This document shows positions 1-9,718 of a DNA stretch of 64,000 bases, one piece after another. The notes under the pieces are model-generated. The model had not been told where the DNA came from. It searched no databases and was given only the letters and a program-made list of their open reading frames with translations. The translations under genes were made by a program, and so were the position numbers. Origin of the DNA: a virus; the IMG/VR virus record IMGVR_UViG_3300009082_000018, positions 32,001 to 96,000 of that record; one strand, written 5' to 3'. How positions within the stretch are numbered: position 1 is the first letter of the stretch; each line of letters opens with the position of its first letter.

Positions 1-2
1 CG

Positions 3-260
3 TATTCGTCGGAAGCGCACTGGTTGGCAGAGGGTCGTCGTAGATTCTCGACACCAACTCGAAGGAACTACTTGTTGGATCTCGTGTGCGAAAGTCGCAC
101 GAGTGGGCATATGGAATTTCGTGGCAAACTTCGTCGTGTTTGGATATCTGGTCGCGATCACCAACGAGAGACTCCCTTCGGTGCGAATAGCGAGTATCTG
201 CACATTATAGGTGGCATCACAATTCCTTGGTTCAATACCAAGGTTTGGTATCAGGTGTAG
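3..260 (+). CDS. 3' end of virion structural/tail protein, paralog of 510-2027 (truncated by window start)
   Basis: Frame is open from position 3 (YSSEAHWLAEG...). ESRTSGHMEFRG and HIIGGITIPW align with ESRTSGHMELRG and HIVGGLLLPW of 510-2027. Confidence 0.7.
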   Translation, partial: YSSEAHWLAEGRRRFSTPTRRNYLLDLVCESRTSGHMEFRGKLRRVWISGRDHQRETPFGANSEYLHIIGGITIPWFNTKVWYQV

Positions 261-261
261 C

Positions 262-510
262 ATGGACGAGAACGAGCGTAGAACGTTGATCACTGACTCC
301 ATCTGGTGGTGGTTGCCTGCACGGTGGGAGAATGCAGGTTCCTGGTACGAGGTTCTGCGCTATGAGTTGGTGGAGGAAGGGGTTGACGTGTACGTCACCA
401 AGGATTCTGGTTCGGAGGTAGCAGTCAGGTTTGTTAACGACGAGTGTTTGGGTGAATTGAAGATTCTTCCCGAATCCGCTCGTGGGCGCATCTACGATGA
501 GGTGGTTTGA
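262..510 (+). CDS. hypothetical protein
   Basis: ATG 262 lies right after the previous stop; its stop overlaps the next start (TGATG). Confidence 0.55.
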   Translation: MDENERRTLITDSIWWWLPARWENAGSWYEVLRYELVEEGVDVYVTKDSGSEVAVRFVNDECLGELKILPESARGRIYDEVV

Positions 511-2027
511 TGGCAAGCGAACGTAGGTGGCAAACAGGACTGTACTTGGCTGATCCTAGTGGTTACACATTCAATGGAATGCCAAGTAATGCTCTGTATC
601 GATGGTTGTTTGAGTTCTTGGTGAAAGTGGTTGGTTGGACCGACGTTGATTCAGATGATGCCAAGTGGGACAACGTTGCGGCCTCTGGAGTGGATGGGGC
701 CACCGACGCAGTTCTCACAGATCGATTCATTTCTGCATCAGCATCCTTCACCCAAGCTGATGTTGGAGCTTACCTAACTATTACGGGTATTGCTTCTCCA
801 AATGAAGAACGAAATGGGATCTATCTGATAAGTGCTTTTGTCAACTCCACTACTGTTGTGTTGAATACAAACCTTGGAGTCCATTCCGATGGACTGCCAG
901 TTGGGTTGTCTGGTTTGAGTTGGAGAAAGTGGCTACTTAACAGCACTACTGCTTATGTTCCTGCTTACAATGCGGTCAGTGTTGTAGCCGGAAGGGGAAA
1001 GACCGGAGCAGGGTTGAAGGACGCAGTGGGTCCGATTGGAACAGCTAGTTTTAGCATCTCAGGATCAACTGTGACTTTGGCTGACACTGGGGCTACCTTC
1101 CAGGCGTCAGATGTTGGCAAGGATGTTGTTATCGAGAATGCCACCACGCCAGGCAATAACGGTACCTACACGATCACTGCTTGGCTGTCCGCTACCCAGA
1201 TTCAGTACACTAATGCGTCTGGCGCAACTGAAGCATTTGGTGGATCTACCACCTGGAAGATCAGGTACACCTTTCATTTGCACATCCAGGTAGCCACAGG
1301 ATCGGCCAGCGACCCAACTCCCATGGGTGGGTTTACCATCTCCCCATGGCCTACTTGGAATGCAGGCACGAATTCTTGGAGTGATAGTAGGCACACAGCT
1401 CAGTATATACAGTCATTCCCTCAGCTTCTGGACAGACTTCAAACTACTCAGGTGTGGGCTGTTGCAGACATGGATTGCGTGACAATCTATGCAAGAACAG
1501 TAGAGACCTATTACGGGTGGTCACAATCCCACATCTTGTACCAATTCGGGGAACTTGATACGTTCTATCCTGCTCAAGACCCTCGACCTGTCATGATGAT
1601 GGTGTCTCGTTCCCAGGCAGATTATAAAGACGCAATTGGAACGAGTGCTACTTGGTCAGCCTCTCCGTCTGGAAACATTAGGATGATGAGCTGGGATGAT
1701 GTAACCAGTCTAACTGCGTATTTGATGTTCCCCCATTGTCCCTATTCGTCTGATTACAACTGGACTGCCGGACATCGAAGGCATAAGTCTCAGTTCAGCC
1801 ATAAGTTGTATCGACTGCCACTAATTGTCGAGAGCAGAACAAGTGGGCACATGGAGCTTAGGGGTACGCTTAGGCACATACAGCGTACAAACACGAATCA
1901 ACCGTTCTCACTGATGCCCATCGGAGCTACACATTCCTTGATACACATTGTTGGGGGTTTGTTACTTCCCTGGCATGGTGGGAAGCAATGGTATGAGTTT
2001 GGTGGTAGATCAAATGGCTCAAGCTAG
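510..2027 (+). CDS. putative tail/virion structural protein (T/S/G-rich, beta-rich)
   Basis: Repeated DVG..(N)NG.Y.I beta modules; paralogous to neighbours. Confidence 0.6.
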   Translation: MASERRWQTGLYLADPSGYTFNGMPSNALYRWLFEFLVKVVGWTDVDSDDAKWDNVAASGVDGATDAVLTDRFISASASFTQADVGAYLTITGIASPNEERNGIYLISAFVNSTTVVLNTNLGVHSDGLPVGLSGLSWRKWLLNSTTAYVPAYNAVSVVAGRGKTGAGLKDAVGPIGTASFSISGSTVTLADTGATFQASDVGKDVVIENATTPGNNGTYTITAWLSATQIQYTNASGATEAFGGSTTWKIRYTFHLHIQVATGSASDPTPMGGFTISPWPTWNAGTNSWSDSRHTAQYIQSFPQLLDRLQTTQVWAVADMDCVTIYARTVETYYGWSQSHILYQFGELDTFYPAQDPRPVMMMVSRSQADYKDAIGTSATWSASPSGNIRMMSWDDVTSLTAYLMFPHCPYSSDYNWTAGHRRHKSQFSHKLYRLPLIVESRTSGHMELRGTLRHIQRTNTNQPFSLMPIGATHSLIHIVGGLLLPWHGGKQWYEFGGRSNGSS

Positions 2028-2036
2028 AGGTGACCT

Positions 2037-3275
2037 ATGACTAGCCGTTGGCTCAGAGAAGTTGATTGCCTTCAAGGTCCTACCCTCAGCCAGAGTTGGG
2101 GCATGAAGGCCACCGCCATCTTCCTTCAGAACGTGATGGGGTACACTTTCCAATCAACCAACTGTGGAGCTGGAAGAAGTTGGGTATCCACTGAAAAGAA
2201 CGGAACCAATGGTTCTTTTGGTGGTAGTGATTGGATTTTCACAGAGTCCTCTTCAGAGCCTTTCAGCACGTCTGATGCCGATAAGTATCTCGTGGTCAGG
2301 GATGATACCAACCCGCGTAATGGAGGCATCTACAGAATCAGACGCTACATATCATCCACACAGGTCGAGATAGATTTCAAATCGGATTTCTATTATGAGT
2401 GGCCGACAGCTAGCACAGGGATATCCTGGTGGGTCGTAGCACGAACCTATGAGCTTCCCAGTGCACATGGAGATCAGGTACGACTCCAATCCCGGCATTC
2501 AACCGGTTGGGCTGTAGAGCTGAACTACCACTCCACCTACAATGCTGTGTGGGTGAGGGTCGCAGTTACCGGAGATTGGGGCGGAAAGGTCATAACCAGC
2601 GGATCGCCTTCCTTGGGGTACGGTTTTACGACCACAAGCAGTAGTTGTGGTGCCATTTGGAATGCCGAGGGCGATTATGACGGAGAGTGGCTACATCTGT
2701 GGCTTAAACAAGTAGACTACAACACGAGTTTCGATGAAAGTGTGGGCGGTGTTTGTGGCGGCATCATGATATCCAGAATTGATCCAATCGAGTCGGGTCA
2801 TTCTTCAGATGAACTACTTGTAGTCTGCGGAAACACAAACGCTGGGTTCCTTACTGCGTGGCTTCAAAATGGATTCAACCGAAGCACGGATGATCGATCC
2901 AGTGGTCACGTAGCTGCTTGGAGCGATAATCTTAACAGTGTCCTCGATGGTTACATGCTCGAGTCCACTGCTGCGGGTTGGGGTAACGGTTTCTCCCATA
3001 ACTACTACAGACAACCAAATCGACGTATCGGCAACAAAATTGAGTTGGTACAAGGCACAATAGTGATCCTTGATCCAAATAATGTCAAAGCAAGTTATCA
3101 AATTTTGGGCAGGATCAAAGGTCACTACACTTCAAGAGCCTTTTGTTCTGGGTTGGGCCGATATGGAACTATTGGCTATAGACACCTACCGTTGACCAAG
3201 GATTCAAGCAAAGACCTGTTGATGATCCAGGATGGCTGGATTATTGCTTGGCCTGGCGTGACACCACAAGTCTGA
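2037..3275 (+). CDS. putative tail/virion structural protein
   Basis: GAGGTG SD; N-terminal RWLRE and C-terminal WPGVTPQ shared with 3288-4916. Confidence 0.6.
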   Translation: MTSRWLREVDCLQGPTLSQSWGMKATAIFLQNVMGYTFQSTNCGAGRSWVSTEKNGTNGSFGGSDWIFTESSSEPFSTSDADKYLVVRDDTNPRNGGIYRIRRYISSTQVEIDFKSDFYYEWPTASTGISWWVVARTYELPSAHGDQVRLQSRHSTGWAVELNYHSTYNAVWVRVAVTGDWGGKVITSGSPSLGYGFTTTSSSCGAIWNAEGDYDGEWLHLWLKQVDYNTSFDESVGGVCGGIMISRIDPIESGHSSDELLVVCGNTNAGFLTAWLQNGFNRSTDDRSSGHVAAWSDNLNSVLDGYMLESTAAGWGNGFSHNYYRQPNRRIGNKIELVQGTIVILDPNNVKASYQILGRIKGHYTSRAFCSGLGRYGTIGYRHLPLTKDSSKDLLMIQDGWIIAWPGVTPQV

Positions 3276-3287
3276 GAGGGTAATTGC

Positions 3288-4916
3288 GTGGCCACCAAGT
3301 GGATCAGAGAGCTTACCTCTGCGACAACCGGTACCAACACCGGCATCCCATTCGCTTTGAGGGCCATAGTAGGGTTCTTGGTTAATGCCCTCGGGTTCTC
3401 CCTTGATAGTTCTTCAGATCCCCCCACAACAGGAAGTGGCTCTTGGGCCAGTGCTGGCGGTGGAAACTGGACTCTCACTGCCACAGGTGGTGATTTCACT
3501 TCTTACGATGTTGGAGGACTCGTAACCATAGCTGGGTCTACTGCCCAAAACAACGGTTCATGGACTATAGTCTCAGTCGCCAGCAGAACAAGCTTGGTGT
3601 ACTACAATCCAACTGTTGGAGCTACCAACGGTTCCGGTACATGGACCAGCACAGGGACAGGCACTTGGACAAGCTACAATCCAGGTGCTGGTTCGAATGG
3701 GGCGTTCTCTGGGACTGACAAGAACTTTGTGGATTCAACAGCCGGTGCCTTTCTGGCTGGTCATGTTGGGTACTGGATTCTCATAGATGGTGCCAACGCC
3801 GGATGGTACAAGATCACAGGCTATGTTGATGCCAACACTGTGACCATCGATTACAGATCTGGCGCTACGGAATACCCACCAAGTGATTCTGGGATAACTT
3901 GGCATTTGCTTCAAGATGGCTACTTCATCCCGACACGTTCCGGGGCATATGCTCAGCTTACTACTCCCCATGCAAATGGATGGGCTATTGAGTTCAAGTA
4001 CACCAACTTTGCTTTCCATCAGGTCAGTATTCGTGTGGCCACAGATGGCAATTGGGCTGGTAGCAAGATTCTCGGTCCTGTGTACTTCGGCTGTGCTGAT
4101 AGCAAAACCAATTGGTTCTATCTAGCAGCCGAAGACGATGGGTCTGCTCTACATGTTATGACTCATCAAGCAACTGACAATCGATATAATGGAGCTTTTG
4201 TCTGCAACATTACCCCCTACGACACTGGTCACACGAGTGACGAGAAAGTTAGTTTGTGGGGAAATAGCGGATCATCAATAACTGATGCCGACAACGGGAA
4301 TCTCAACCACAACTACGACAGCAAGCGAGTAGGAAATGGTTACTGGTGGAAGGAGTGGGCGCAAGCTGTCAGATCTGTCTACATGGTTGCCTCCACCTAC
4401 GCTGGGTACGCCAATGGGCTGGAGAAGTGGTCCTCTCGCGAGAAGAATCGGCGACTGAGTGGTAGCGGATCTGGTACGGGAGACAGTTTCTCGAAGACTG
4501 GATCAACAATCACTTTGACAGACGCTGGGGCTGCCTGGGTTGTCAGCGATGTCGGGAAGACAATCAAGATCAGCGGGGCAACTACGTCTGGGAATAACGG
4601 GCTCTTTGTGATCACGTCTAGAATCAGCGGCACACAGATCACCTACGAGAATGCTAGTGGGGCTACAGAGGCGTTTGCTGGTACGTGGGCCATTGCTGAT
4701 TTCCAAGATGTGTTGGTTGGAACCACGGTTGTTCGCGATGAGAACAACACGACGGCTGAGTATGAGCTGGTTGGGCGTCTGCAAGGACATTACGGAGTGA
4801 GGGCATCGATCGGTAACAAGACAGCCTTCAGCGATTCAGCCCCTCATGCCTTGGACAAGTTCCACATGGCTGACGGTTTCGCCTTTGATTGGCCTGGCGT
4901 AACCCCACAACACTAA
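3288..4916 (+). CDS. putative tail/virion structural protein
   Basis: GAGGG SD, GTG start; KWIRE...WPGVTPQH; paralog of 2037-3275 with extra modules. Confidence 0.6.
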   Translation: MATKWIRELTSATTGTNTGIPFALRAIVGFLVNALGFSLDSSSDPPTTGSGSWASAGGGNWTLTATGGDFTSYDVGGLVTIAGSTAQNNGSWTIVSVASRTSLVYYNPTVGATNGSGTWTSTGTGTWTSYNPGAGSNGAFSGTDKNFVDSTAGAFLAGHVGYWILIDGANAGWYKITGYVDANTVTIDYRSGATEYPPSDSGITWHLLQDGYFIPTRSGAYAQLTTPHANGWAIEFKYTNFAFHQVSIRVATDGNWAGSKILGPVYFGCADSKTNWFYLAAEDDGSALHVMTHQATDNRYNGAFVCNITPYDTGHTSDEKVSLWGNSGSSITDADNGNLNHNYDSKRVGNGYWWKEWAQAVRSVYMVASTYAGYANGLEKWSSREKNRRLSGSGSGTGDSFSKTGSTITLTDAGAAWVVSDVGKTIKISGATTSGNNGLFVITSRISGTQITYENASGATEAFAGTWAIADFQDVLVGTTVVRDENNTTAEYELVGRLQGHYGVRASIGNKTAFSDSAPHALDKFHMADGFAFDWPGVTPQH

Positions 4917-4921
4917 ACACA

Positions 4922-6064
4922 ATGGCTATCACTATTGACATTCAACTTGAGGTCCGTAACCAACCTGTCCATGAGGCATTCAACAACACGTGGGTGGTTG
5001 TAGATCAGCATCCCATTGATGTCGATCTGGTCCGTAACCAACCTGTTCACGAAGCCTACAACAACCCGTGGGTGGTTGTAGATCAGCATCCCATTGATGT
5101 CGATCTGGTTCGTAATCAACCTGTCCATGCGTGGGCTGTAGCAGCAGAGATAGAGCCCGAAATAGGCTCTGAGCCTGAGCCTTCGTCGGATCCGTATGTT
5201 GTTGAAAATCTGCTCAATCCAGCTCCGGGGGCTGTGGATGTTGGTGTCGCCGGCCCCTATTTGTTAGTGGTCGGTGATGCGATCTCCACAATGGAAGTTC
5301 CTACAATCGAAATTGGGAGGGTACCAACTACAGCTCCAGATCCTATCATCGGCATTGATCCTGACAAGACTGCAATCTCAGTGAGCATCAATGGAGGATC
5401 ACCAGTTGATATATTCTCTGGAGGTATCCCACACGCCGGTTGGTCAGTAGTTTCTGCTGTCAATGACTATGCTGGAGTGAATCGCGGCATACAGGGTGTA
5501 GGAAGGAACTACACCCTAACTCCAGGAGTCTCTCTTCCGGGTAATGCTCTGGTTGAGATGCTTGTTGAGCTTGTCGATTACGGAAACAACTACTCATACT
5601 ATGTTTGGACGTTCCGCACTGAGGCCCCGAGTATAGCAAAGATCAAAGAGATCTTTGTTATTTCGGAAGATCTTCTGCAAATCGAATTCACCCAAGATCT
5701 GGCTGTCATCGATAGCTACTTTGATCTCACCAGCTTCAGCATCACACCTTTGGGCGGGGCAGCAGATGTTTTCATCGAAGGAGTTCTGACTCCCATCGGG
5801 GCAAAGACGCCCTACCTATTCTTGAAGATCAAAGGTCTTCGATTCGGAAGCCAGTATCAATTCAATGTCTCCTTCCAAAAGCTTCACTCTTCAGATGGTA
5901 GCTGGGTCGCCCCTCAAAGTGGTGCATGGCTCATGCGACGGACCAAGGTCGATTCAATGAGAGCCAGCTTGGCCAGGTTCTACGATACGAGGTCTCGCGG
6001 CCTCATCCGAGGTCTCATTGAGGCCATCATGATCTCTGATGAGAAAATTGGTGGTGACTTCTAA
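4922..6064 (+). CDS. putative baseplate/tail protein with Ig-like domains and N-terminal 26-aa repeats
   Basis: VRNQPVH repeats; Ig-like LNPAPGAVDV...WTFRTE segment; C-terminus similar to 9170-9715. Confidence 0.55.
   Translation: MAITIDIQLEVRNQPVHEAFNNTWVVVDQHPIDVDLVRNQPVHEAYNNPWVVVDQHPIDVDLVRNQPVHAWAVAAEIEPEIGSEPEPSSDPYVVENLLNPAPGAVDVGVAGPYLLVVGDAISTMEVPTIEIGRVPTTAPDPIIGIDPDKTAISVSINGGSPVDIFSGGIPHAGWSVVSAVNDYAGVNRGIQGVGRNYTLTPGVSLPGNALVEMLVELVDYGNNYSYYVWTFRTEAPSIAKIKEIFVISEDLLQIEFTQDLAVIDSYFDLTSFSITPLGGAADVFIEGVLTPIGAKTPYLFLKIKGLRFGSQYQFNVSFQKLHSSDGSWVAPQSGAWLMRRTKVDSMRASLARFYDTRSRGLIRGLIEAIMISDEKIGGDF
4951..5129 (+). repeat. 78-bp (26-aa) tandem repeat, about 2.3 copies
   Basis: ggt(c/t)cgtaa(c/t)caacctgt recurs at 4951, 5029 and 5107. 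Confidence 0.9.
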
Positions 6065-6104
6065 TGATCCTCACAGGAATCACTGAAGCATAGGAGTGTA
6101 GATC

Positions 6105-6791
6105 ATGGCTGTTCCTGCCGTAACCTGTGCAGCGAAGATTACCAAGCCTTGGAACGATGGCGATGGACTGACCAGTGCGTCTCTATCCGCGACCGCTACT
6201 GGTTCACCCACGAGCTGGACCTGGACGATTCTCTGGGTGCCGGTGGGGCTCGAGACGTTGTTGTCTGGCGCCCATGGTGATTTCACCGATGGAGTTGCCA
6301 CGACCGGACCGGGTGGGTCTTCGGCTGTGCTGCTGGCCGACATCCCGTCCGACATCGTCGGCGGCACGATCGTGATCCAGGCCGTGGCGACCAACGGCGA
6401 GGGTCCGAGCGTCCCGACCACCGACAAGAAGAACGGGCAACAGTGCGTGGTGATCGAGACCGAGCTTCTCGCGCTCCCGCTTCCCGGCGACAAGCAGTAC
6501 TCATGGGGCGAGGCGCAGCTTCGCGAGGTGCTGACCAAGCTCGAGACGGCGGCCAGTGAGGGCGGAGGAGGAGGAACCGACGAGCACGCGATCCACGACA
6601 ACGTGGACGATGAGATCGTTGCGATCACAGAGGAAGAATCGCCCGGGATGACCGATCTGCTCCTGCTTGAGAAGGCGACGGGAGAAAAGCGGCGGCTACA
6701 GATCATCAATCTGCCGATCCTGAAGCCGGTCAGCGTGACGGGCGGGTACACGGCGGACTACTGGGACTGTGCCTCGGTCAGCGTGGCATAG
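6105..6791 (+). CDS. putative tail fibre protein, N-terminal part
   Basis: AGGAG SD; PKD-like GSPTSWTW segment; GGGGGT linker. Confidence 0.55.
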   Translation: MAVPAVTCAAKITKPWNDGDGLTSASLSATATGSPTSWTWTILWVPVGLETLLSGAHGDFTDGVATTGPGGSSAVLLADIPSDIVGGTIVIQAVATNGEGPSVPTTDKKNGQQCVVIETELLALPLPGDKQYSWGEAQLREVLTKLETAASEGGGGGTDEHAIHDNVDDEIVAITEEESPGMTDLLLLEKATGEKRRLQIINLPILKPVSVTGGYTADYWDCASVSVA

Positions 6792-6801
6792 GAGCTTCGC
6801 C

Positions 6802-7809
6802 ATGTGGAAGATGATTGAGCAGGACACTATCACCTCCGACTGTTCTGGAGGAGTGCCGCCCAACGATCAGGGAGCACAGATCATGGCCAACCTGTTCTGG
6901 TGGCCAGCGATCCTGAAGATGTGCGTGGTGGTGAAGAACGCCACCGGCGGTGCGGACGACGGCAAGCTAGAGCTGTGGGCACGCAATCTGACCTCGTGGA
7001 CGAAGCTAGCGACCTCGCCCGACATCTTCGCCGGGCAACACCGAATCATGGCAGCCGTCGACGGCACGGACGGCGCGGTCGTTCTCGCAATTCATGACCT
7101 CGATGCCTCTGGGTATCGGTTCTCGAAGCTCGCCTGGAGTGACCCAAACTTCGTGTGGACCGAGCCCTATCCGGGTCTCGATGGCAGCTACTTCGGGACC
7201 GCCGGCGGGGAGGGGGGGCCTCCCATGATGTGCTCAGGCACCGACGGAGGCCGCCCGCGACTCTTCGGAAACTTCGACGACGGCCTCGGCGGTTACGCGT
7301 TCTCCTCGGCGGGGTTCGACCCCTCCGGGGGCACTGACGGGCTCGTGCTCCACCAACCTGCGCCAGCGTACATCCTGACTTACGGAATCGCTTACTTCGC
7401 TTTCGAACTCGATCCGGTGCGCGACGTGGTCGTGATCTTTGGCGGCGGGGGTGGTGATGGCCTCTACGCCAAGGTTTGGGAGAGCGCATCTCCCGCCGCG
7501 CCATTCGCAGAGGTCGAGTGGTCTGGCGCGGGCCCTTACGCGAGAAGTGGCGCTGCCATGTGCTATCACGCCGCACTCGGGAAGATGTTAATCTACGGAG
7601 GTTATGCGGGTGCGCAGAGCTACCGAGGTCGCGGTGCTTGGAGCTGGAATGGCACCCTGTGGACGAGGGAAGCAGGACTCGAGACCCAGTACAACGACCC
7701 AGTGCGCGGTGGCATTGCCAACAACCACTTCTTCCGAGACCGGACGCGCATGGCCTATGACCCGGTTCGCGGTGTTCCTGTGGTCTTCCGCGGCGTGCAG
7801 CTCGATTAG
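6802..7809 (+). CDS. Kelch/beta-propeller repeat protein
   Basis: DPVRDVVVIFGG, ARSGAAMCYH...LIYGG, W.WNG..W and MAYDPVRG repeats; AGGAG SD. Confidence 0.7.
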   Translation: MWKMIEQDTITSDCSGGVPPNDQGAQIMANLFWWPAILKMCVVVKNATGGADDGKLELWARNLTSWTKLATSPDIFAGQHRIMAAVDGTDGAVVLAIHDLDASGYRFSKLAWSDPNFVWTEPYPGLDGSYFGTAGGEGGPPMMCSGTDGGRPRLFGNFDDGLGGYAFSSAGFDPSGGTDGLVLHQPAPAYILTYGIAYFAFELDPVRDVVVIFGGGGGDGLYAKVWESASPAAPFAEVEWSGAGPYARSGAAMCYHAALGKMLIYGGYAGAQSYRGRGAWSWNGTLWTREAGLETQYNDPVRGGIANNHFFRDRTRMAYDPVRGVPVVFRGVQLD

Positions 7810-7817
7810 GAGACATC

Positions 7818-8831
7818 GTGGGCTACAAGTTAGTAGAACAGGACACCATCACCTCTGACTGTGTGGATGGTCTTCCTCCGCCAGGTGAGGGTCCGGGACA
7901 CATGGTCCACCTCAACATCTTCTACTGGCCAGGCCCCAACAAGGTGTGCTTCGTCACACGCAACATCACTACCGGATACCTCGAACTCTGGACACGGACG
8001 CCCGGCAGCCCTGCGTGGACGAAGGTGTCGGACTCGGGCGCGGAATGGAACACGACCTATGAGGTGCTGGCCTGCTACGACCCTACCGATGGCGGGGTGG
8101 TGCTGGCCTACCGCGTGAATGACATCGACAGCGACTGGCGCTGGGGCAAAATCGCCTACTCGGCTCCGAACTACACCTGGAGTGCTCGGTACCCGGGAAC
8201 GACTACCGATTGGCAGTTGCAGCCAGGACTGGACCTCGTACTGTGCCGAGGCACGACGACCAATCCACGACCGCTGGTGATCGGGTGGATTCGCACACCG
8301 CCCGCAGCGTTCGCGTGGCAGTCGGCCTCCTTCGACCCCACAGTCGCCGATGGTCTCGATTACCAGTGCGCCGCTAGTGCCTTGCCATGGACGGGCACAG
8401 ATGCGATCTATGGCAGAGCTGCACTGGACGAATCGCGGGACGTGATCGTATGGGTCACGAACCAGGATGGCACACCGGAGAATCAGGGCGTGTGGGAGGG
8501 CAGCGGACTATCAGGCGACGGCTTCACCAAGGTGTCTGACGGCGCCAATGGTTTCTCGCACCGCTTCGGACACAGCGTGTGTTATCACCCCGGGTTGCAG
8601 GGAGTGATTGCGTACGGCGGATTCGATGCCATGGGCACCGGAGAGCCCATGGGGCGTGGTGCCCATCTCTGGAATGGAACTCTGTGGGTTCCCAAGCTGG
8701 GAACCGAGGTGACGTACAGCGACCCCCTCGGTGGCGAGGCCAACAATCACTTCTTCCGCTTCTTCTCGAGTATGGTTTACGACCCGGTTCGCGAGGTGCT
8801 GGTGCTCTTTCGTGGCACGCAGAAGCCGTAG
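7818..8831 (+). CDS. Kelch/beta-propeller repeat protein, paralog of 6802-7809
   Basis: Shares EQDTITSDC and ANNHFFR..M.YDPVR; HRFGHSVCYH..IAYGG. Confidence 0.7.
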   Translation: MGYKLVEQDTITSDCVDGLPPPGEGPGHMVHLNIFYWPGPNKVCFVTRNITTGYLELWTRTPGSPAWTKVSDSGAEWNTTYEVLACYDPTDGGVVLAYRVNDIDSDWRWGKIAYSAPNYTWSARYPGTTTDWQLQPGLDLVLCRGTTTNPRPLVIGWIRTPPAAFAWQSASFDPTVADGLDYQCAASALPWTGTDAIYGRAALDESRDVIVWVTNQDGTPENQGVWEGSGLSGDGFTKVSDGANGFSHRFGHSVCYHPGLQGVIAYGGFDAMGTGEPMGRGAHLWNGTLWVPKLGTEVTYSDPLGGEANNHFFRFFSSMVYDPVREVLVLFRGTQKP

Positions 8832-8840
8832 GAGATAGGT

Positions 8841-9137
8841 ATGGCATGGATCCCGAATTCGACCCTGGAGTTTCTCGAGCTGCGGCTGCAACTGCCAGCG
8901 GCGGACGCCGACCATATCGGCTGCCAGGTGGCCGCCCGTCTTCCTCCTGATGTGGAGGAGGGCTTCTCTCTGGTCGTCTACCCAGATGGGAGCGACACGA
9001 TCAACGGGGAGACCACCTACGAGATTGAGCTGCCCGGAACCTCGATCACCGTGATCGTGGGCGAGGTTGGAAACTGGTGGGGCATCGCCAAGTTCGACAT
9101 GCCAGACCCGCCGTACGAGCCAGCACCCGAGTGGTGA
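8841..9137 (+). CDS. tail-fibre-type C-terminal domain fragment
   Basis: L.LPAA...G...V.PDGSDTING.TTY.I...SITV...NW pattern typical of phage tail fibre ends; GGAG SD. Confidence 0.5.
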   Translation: MAWIPNSTLEFLELRLQLPAADADHIGCQVAARLPPDVEEGFSLVVYPDGSDTINGETTYEIELPGTSITVIVGEVGNWWGIAKFDMPDPPYEPAPEW

Positions 9138-9169
9138 GTGATATCCCCCAGGGTGAATGGGAGTAGCAA

Positions 9170-9715
9170 ATGGATGAACCGATCTGCACCTACGGCGGCG
9201 GACAGTACGGAGAGCCTGATCCTACCTATGGGGAGTGTCTGGATGAGAGTGGACCCACACCTCCTTCTCCTACTATTCTAAGGATCCTCACGGTACAACT
9301 AATCGCTGACGATGAAGTAAGGATCAAATTCTCCATCCCGATGTCTCTTGACGGACTAACCAATGTGGCCAACTACGTTTTTGCGCCGGTAGTGCAGGTC
9401 AACGAGGTTTTAGTACCAACTGCTCTTGGCAGCATCAATTATGTTGATCTACATGTCACTGGGCTGGCAAGTGGTGTGCAGTACACTTTGTCGCTCAACA
9501 ATATCGTTGACGTCAACGAAAGTGGTGTGACAGCCGAGTTGGTCTTTACACCTGGCGACACTAAGTCGACAAAGCTGATGGGTGGTCTGCCACGTATGTA
9601 CACCTCCGATATCAAGTCTCTGATGCGGCATCTTTTGGTTGCTGTTGGCATCGAGGATGAAATCATAGGTGGTGGAGACCAGGTTTCCAGGACTATATTT
9701 TCCAGGACTAGGTGA
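9170..9715 (+). CDS. putative baseplate/tail protein with Ig-like domain
   Basis: V.I.FS.PM...ANY...YTL.L.NI.D Ig-like pattern; C-terminus paralogous to 4922-6064. Confidence 0.55.
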   Translation: MDEPICTYGGGQYGEPDPTYGECLDESGPTPPSPTILRILTVQLIADDEVRIKFSIPMSLDGLTNVANYVFAPVVQVNEVLVPTALGSINYVDLHVTGLASGVQYTLSLNNIVDVNESGVTAELVFTPGDTKSTKLMGGLPRMYTSDIKSLMRHLLVAVGIEDEIIGGGDQVSRTIFSRTR

Positions 9716-9718
9716 CTG

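Noticed and set aside
6789-8834. Stop-codon readthrough or recoding at the repeated TAGGAG junctions
   Set aside because: The next gene is out of frame at 6789 and 7807, TAGGAG is explained as stop plus SD, and conserved genes are intact in code 11.
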